NCBI GenBank assembly: GCA_964658025.1
Contig: CAZZXB010000102.1
Coordinates: 1-10,854 of the forward strand
DNA length: 10,854 nt
Origin: an uncultured Janthinobacterium sp.
Lineage (GTDB): Bacteria > Vulcanimicrobiota > Vulcanimicrobiia > Vulcanimicrobiales > Vulcanimicrobiaceae
Direction of reading: 5' to 3'
In this document: positions 6,963 through 10,854 of the stretch, in pieces
How positions within the stretch are numbered: the stretch's first letter is position 1
How the letters are laid out: every line of letters starts with the position of its first letter
Notes under the pieces: model-generated
Told to the model about the DNA's origin: nothing
Seen by the model: only the letters and a program-made list of their open reading frames with translations
Database searches by the model: none
Made by a program: the position numbers and the translations under genes

Positions 6963-7189
6963 GCGACGAGGCGATGACGCTCTCGCTCGTGATGCACGAC
7001 TGGCGCTTACTCGAGCGCGTCGTCGGTCTGACGAATCGTCTCGGATGCGCCTACACGCGACTCGACGTGAAGGCGCGCGAACCCAACTACCATGCGACGA
7101 TCGATTTCGTCGGCGCTCCGGACGCACTCCGGCGACTCGACGCGCAGCTCGCGCGCTTACTGAACGACGACAAGGAGATGTCTCGATGA
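6959..7189 (+). CDS. Short ACT-domain AHAS small subunit, IlvM-like (76 aa; alternative start 6974)
   Basis: ATGA overlaps with both ilvB and ilv[14 protein letters not shown] and AQLARLLN resemble the LERV...RG and QL.KL segments of IlvM/IlvN-type ACT domains (recalled, not aligned). It is the tail of the 6278..7189 track ORF. Confidence 0.8.
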   Translation: MSDEAMTLSLVMHDWRLLERVVGLTNRLGCAYTRLDVKAREPNYHATIDFVGAPDALRRLDAQLARLLNDDKEMSR

Positions 7190-8235
7190 ACGCCTTTTAC
7201 GACCGCGACGCCGATCCGTCGGTCCTCGCCGGCAAGACGATCGCGATCGTCGGCTACGGCAGCCAGGGTCGCGCGCACGCGCGCAACCTTCGCGATTCCG
7301 GCTGCGACGTCGTCGCCGGGTTGCGCGAAGGCTCGTCCTCGCGCAAGGTCGCCGATGAGGACGGCGTTCCGTTCGACTCGATCGAGAACGCCGTGAAACG
7401 CGCCGACGTCGTGATGATCCTCGCTCCCGACGAAGAGCAGCCCGCGATCTTCTTCCGATCGATCGCGCCGCATCTCAAGCACGACGTCTACCTCGCCTTC
7501 GCACACGGCTTCGCGATCCACTTCGGCACGATCGCGCCGCCCGCGCACGCGAACGTGTTCATGGTGGCCCCGAAGGGTCCGGGAAATCTCGTGCGCTCCG
7601 AATACGAAGCGGGGCGCGGCGTGCCGTGTCTCATCGCGGTGCAACAGGATCCCGCCGGCGACACGCGCGCGATCGCGATGGCGTACGCGGCGGCGATCGG
7701 CGGCGGCCGCGCGGGCATCCTCGAAACCACGTTCAAGGAAGAGGCCGAAACCGATCTCTTCGGCGAGCAGGCCGTGCTCTGCGGCGGGCTCACCGAGCTC
7801 GTCACCGCGGGCTTCGAAACGCTCGTCGACGCCGGTTACGCACCCGAGATGGCCTACTTCGAGTGCCTGCACGAAGTGAAGCTCATCGTGGATCTGATGT
7901 ACGCGCGCGGCATCGAAGGCATGCGCGACGCGATCAGCAACACGGCGAAATACGGAGACTACACGCGCGGCAAGCGGATCGTCACGAGCGAGACGCGCGC
8001 CGAGATGAAGAAGATCCTCGGCGAGATCCAGAGCGGCACCTTCGCGCAAGAATGGGTCGCGGAGCACGCCGCGGGCAAACCCCGCTTCACGGAATTCCGC
8101 AAGGCCTCGGCCGCGCATCCGATCGAGGCGGTGGGACGTAAGCTGCGCGATCTCATGCCGTGGATGCGGACGAAGCCGACCGCGAAGCAACCCGTCGAAG
8201 CGGCGGCCGGAAACCACGGTTTTCGCATGATGTAG
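7186..8235 (+). CDS. ilvC: Ketol-acid reductoisomerase, class I (349 aa)
   Basis: [80 protein letters not shown] (7172-7177) precedes ATG 7186. The cofactor loop GLREGSSS is typical of NADPH preference. Confidence 0.97.
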   Translation: MNAFYDRDADPSVLAGKTIAIVGYGSQGRAHARNLRDSGCDVVAGLREGSSSRKVADEDGVPFDSIENAVKRADVVMILAPDEEQPAIFFRSIAPHLKHDVYLAFAHGFAIHFGTIAPPAHANVFMVAPKGPGNLVRSEYEAGRGVPCLIAVQQDPAGDTRAIAMAYAAAIGGGRAGILETTFKEEAETDLFGEQAVLCGGLTELVTAGFETLVDAGYAPEMAYFECLHEVKLIVDLMYARGIEGMRDAISNTAKYGDYTRGKRIVTSETRAEMKKILGEIQSGTFAQEWVAEHAAGKPRFTEFRKASAAHPIEAVGRKLRDLMPWMRTKPTAKQPVEAAAGNHGFRMM

Positions 8236-8241
8236 GCCGTC

Positions 8242-8280
8242 GCGTTCCCCGTCGCCGCGGGCGCGCGGCGACAGGGACGC
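8242..8280. other. Long GC-rich hairpin between ilvC and the metal ABC operon (possible 3'-end protection or terminator)
   Basis: GTCGCCGCG-GGCG-CGCGGCGAC (8251-8272) extended by GCGTTCCCC/AGGGACGC. No U-tract follows. Confidence 0.5.
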
Positions 8281-8308
8281 ACGCCCGCGGCGCGATAAAG
8301 CGTCCTTA

Positions 8309-9259
8309 GTGAAAAAGGCTTCTCAATATCTTCTTCGGACGATCGCGGCGGCGATCGTGGTCGCGTTTCTGGGTTGCGCGGGGAAATCGGACCGCGCCGG
8401 GGATCCGTCGACGACGCGTCCCGGACCGTCCTTCACGCACAAACGAAACGACGCGGTCGCCGTCGTCGCCGTCGAGAGCGTCTACGGCGATATCGTCCGC
8501 CAGATCGGCGGTCCGAGCGTTTCGGTCACGACGATCCTCTCGAATCCGAACGCCGATCCGCACGCGTACGAGCCGACGACCGCCGACGCGAACGCGGTCG
8601 GAGCGGCGGACGTCGTGATCGAGAACGGTCTCGGTTACGACGCGTTCGCCGACAAACTGGTCGCCGCGTCGCCGCGCGGCGGACGGGTCACGATCGTCGC
8701 GGGATCGCTCGCGGGTCACGCGCTCGGCGACAACCCGCACGTGTGGTACGACGTCGCGACGCTCCGCGCGACCTCGCACGCGATCGCCGCGGCGCTCGAG
8801 AAACGGATGCCGTCCCGCCGCGCGACGCTTCGCGCGAACGCGGGGAGGTTCGATGCGTGGATCGACGGATTCGAGCGCCGCGAGCGTGCGTTCGCGGGAC
8901 GACGTGCCGGTGCGAGCGTCGCGATCACCGAACCCGTTTTCGATTACGTCCTCCACGCGGTCGGCATGCGCATCGCGACGCCGCCGTCGTTCTCGCACGC
9001 GATCGAGGAGGGGAACGACCCCGCTCCGCAAGACGTCGCGACGATGAACGAGATCCTCGCGGGGCGCCGGGTCGGGGCCTTCGTCTACAATCGGCAAACC
9101 GTCGAGCCGAGCACGACGCGCCTGCTCGAAACGGCGAAGGCGGCGAACGTCCCGATCGTCCCCGTCACGGAGACGTTGCCCGCGAACGAGCGCGTGCAGA
9201 CGTGGATCGACGGCGAACTCGTCGCGCTCGAAGCCGCCCTCCGCGATGCGACCCGCTAA
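8309..9259 (+). CDS. Metal ABC transporter substrate-binding lipoprotein, cluster A-I (TroA/ZnuA/PsaA family), 316 aa
   Basis: Basic then hydrophobic signal peptide ending FLGC (Cys23). Motifs DPHAYEPT, VIENGLGYD, DNPHVWYD, TEPVFDY, VTETLP. Confidence 0.92.
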   Translation: MKKASQYLLRTIAAAIVVAFLGCAGKSDRAGDPSTTRPGPSFTHKRNDAVAVVAVESVYGDIVRQIGGPSVSVTTILSNPNADPHAYEPTTADANAVGAADVVIENGLGYDAFADKLVAASPRGGRVTIVAGSLAGHALGDNPHVWYDVATLRATSHAIAAALEKRMPSRRATLRANAGRFDAWIDGFERRERAFAGRRAGASVAITEPVFDYVLHAVGMRIATPPSFSHAIEEGNDPAPQDVATMNEILAGRRVGAFVYNRQTVEPSTTRLLETAKAANVPIVPVTETLPANERVQTWIDGELVALEAALRDATR

Positions 9260-10061
9260 CGACGGCATCGACGCGGTCGCGTTCGACGCCGTCACGTTTC
9301 GGCGCGGCGAGCGCGCGATTCTCGATCGGACGACGTTCCGCGTCGAACCGGGCGAATTCGTCGGCATCCTCGGCGGAAACGGCGCGGGAAAATCGACCCT
9401 GCTCCGACTCGCGCTCGGTCTCTTGCGTCCCGACGTCGGGACCATCCGGATCTTCGGTCGCGATCCGCGGCGCGCGCACCGCGGCGTCGGCTACGTGCCG
9501 CAGCGACTCGAACTCGATCCCGATCTGCCGCTGCGCGCGCGCGATTTCGTCGCGCTCGGCTACGACGGCGAACGCTTCGGGCTGCCCCTTCCCAATCGCG
9601 AACGGACCGCGCGCGTCGACGCGGCGCTCTCGGACGTGAGCGCGCTCGATTTCGCGAACGAACCCGTCGGACGGCTCTCCGGCGGCGAACAACAACGCCT
9701 CGCGATCGCGCAGGCGATCGTCGGCGCGCCCCGCCTCGTGCTCCTCGACGAACCGCTCGCGAACCTCGATCTCCGCGCCGCGAAGGAGATCGTCGATCTC
9801 GTCGCCCGACTCGCGCGGGAACGCGGCATGGCGGTACTGCTCGTCGCGCACGACGTCAACCCGTTGCTCGGCGCGATGAACCGCGTGCTCTATCTCGCGA
9901 ACGGGCGCTCGGCGATCGGTACGGTCGACGAGATCGTGAACGAAAACGTGCTGAGCCGGCTCTACGATCAACCCGTCGACGTGATCGCGGTACGCGGCCG
10001 CATCATCGTCGTCGCGGGCGAAGGCGTCGATCTCGCGCACGGCCATCCGCCGCGCGCGTGA
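9246..10061 (+). CDS. Metal ABC transporter ATP-binding protein (ZnuC/MntA-like), 271 aa
   Basis: Walker A GGNGAGKS, GYVPQ Q-loop, signature LSGGEQQR, Walker B LLDEP, H-loop AHD. Overlaps the binding-protein stop. Confidence 0.95.
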   Translation: MRPANDGIDAVAFDAVTFRRGERAILDRTTFRVEPGEFVGILGGNGAGKSTLLRLALGLLRPDVGTIRIFGRDPRRAHRGVGYVPQRLELDPDLPLRARDFVALGYDGERFGLPLPNRERTARVDAALSDVSALDFANEPVGRLSGGEQQRLAIAQAIVGAPRLVLLDEPLANLDLRAAKEIVDLVARLARERGMAVLLVAHDVNPLLGAMNRVLYLANGRSAIGTVDEIVNENVLSRLYDQPVDVIAVRGRIIVVAGEGVDLAHGHPPRA

Positions 10062-10854
10062 GCGATTTTTTCGCGAGCGACGACGTCCGTCTCGCGCTCC
10101 TCGCGGGGATCGTCGTCGCCTCGGTCGCCGCGGCCGTCGGCTATTTCGTCGTGCTCCGCGCGCTCTCGTTCGCCGGACACGCCGTCGCCGACGTGGGGCT
10201 CTCCGGCGGCGCGGGAGCGCTCCTCGCGGGTCTCGATCCGCTCGTGGGACTCGTGGTGTTTTCCGTCGCGGCGGCACTCGCGGTCGGCGCGCTCGGCGCG
10301 CGCGCGCGCGAGCGCGACGTCGCGACCGGACTCGTGCTCGCGACGGCGCTCGGCGTCGGCGCGCTCTTCCTCCACGTACAGACGCGCAACGCGAACGCGC
10401 AGACGGCGTTGCTCTTCGGCTCGATTTTCGATACCGATCGCGGCGTGCTCGTCGCTCTCTCGATCGCGGGCGCGTGCGCCGGGATCGCCCTCGCCGCCGG
10501 GTTCCGTCCGTTACTCTACGCGAGCGTCTCGCGCGACGGCGCGCGGATCGCGGGCGTGCCGACCGCGACGCTCGGGTACGCCTTCCTCGTCGTCATGGCG
10601 ACCGCGGTCGCGGAGACCTCGCGCGTGGTCGGCGTGTTGATCGCGACGGCGCTGCTCGTCGGGCCGCCCGCGACCGCGATGGCGCTCGTCCGTCGCCCGC
10701 TCGCCGCCGTGGCGCTCGCGATGGCGATCGGCTCCTGCGAGATCGTGCTCGCGATCGCGCTCGCCTACGCGAGCTTCGGCTGGTCCGCCGCGCACCGCGG
10801 ATGGCCCGTGAGCTTCTTCGTCACGATCCTCGCGCTCGGCGGTCTCGCGGCCGC
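10058..10854 (+). CDS. Metal ABC transporter permease (ZnuB/ABC-3 family), truncated by the window end
   Basis: GTGA overlap with the ATPase stop. Manual translation MSDFFASDDVRLALLAGIVVASVAAAVGYFVVLRALSFAGHAVADVGLSG...LLFGSIF...RPLLYASV...VGVLIATALLVGPPATA is hydrophobic and has no stop. Not in the ORF track. Confidence 0.92.
   Translation, partial: MSDFFASDDVRLALLAGIVVASVAAAVGYFVVLRALSFAGHAVADVGLSGGAGALLAGLDPLVGLVVFSVAAALAVGALGARARERDVATGLVLATALGVGALFLHVQTRNANAQTALLFGSIFDTDRGVLVALSIAGACAGIALAAGFRPLLYASVSRDGARIAGVPTATLGYAFLVVMATAVAETSRVVGVLIATALLVGPPATAMALVRRPLAAVALAMAIGSCEIVLAIALAYASFGWSAAHRGWPVSFFVTILALGGLAA

Noticed and set aside
6278..7185. Long upstream extensions of the small-subunit frame (from 6278) and the ilvC frame (from 6787)
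   Set aside because: They overlap real genes out of frame. ATGA couplings and the AAGGAG SD define starts at 6959 and 7186.
10275..10320. Long (GC)n alternation as a Z-DNA or repeat element
   Set aside because: Encodes GARARER in the permease. Such runs are common throughout this CpG-rich window.

Overview
Very GC- and CpG-rich bacterial DNA (GC judged by eye, not computed) carrying a divergent branched-chain amino acid biosynthesis cluster. Minus strand: leuA-leuC-leuD plus a coupled Pro/Thr-rich orphan gene, with no leuB. Plus strand: acetolactate synthase large subunit (ilvB, IlvG-like), a short IlvM-like ACT subunit and ilvC, then a cluster A-I (ZnuABC/MntABC-type) metal ABC importer that runs off the window. 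The most notable feature is the 412-nt divergent control region (4832-5243). It holds two back-to-back sigma70-type promoters, each followed by a 20-codon leader peptide not listed as such in the ORF track (Leu-rich for leu; Leu/Val/Ile-rich for ilv), a complementary antiterminator and an intrinsic terminator. This is a mirror-image pair of ribosome-mediated attenuators, and the leu leader appears to be translated from a leaderless mRNA. The mechanism is known; whether this arrangement is new for the lineage needs a search. No mobile element, CRISPR array, tRNA or rRNA was seen.
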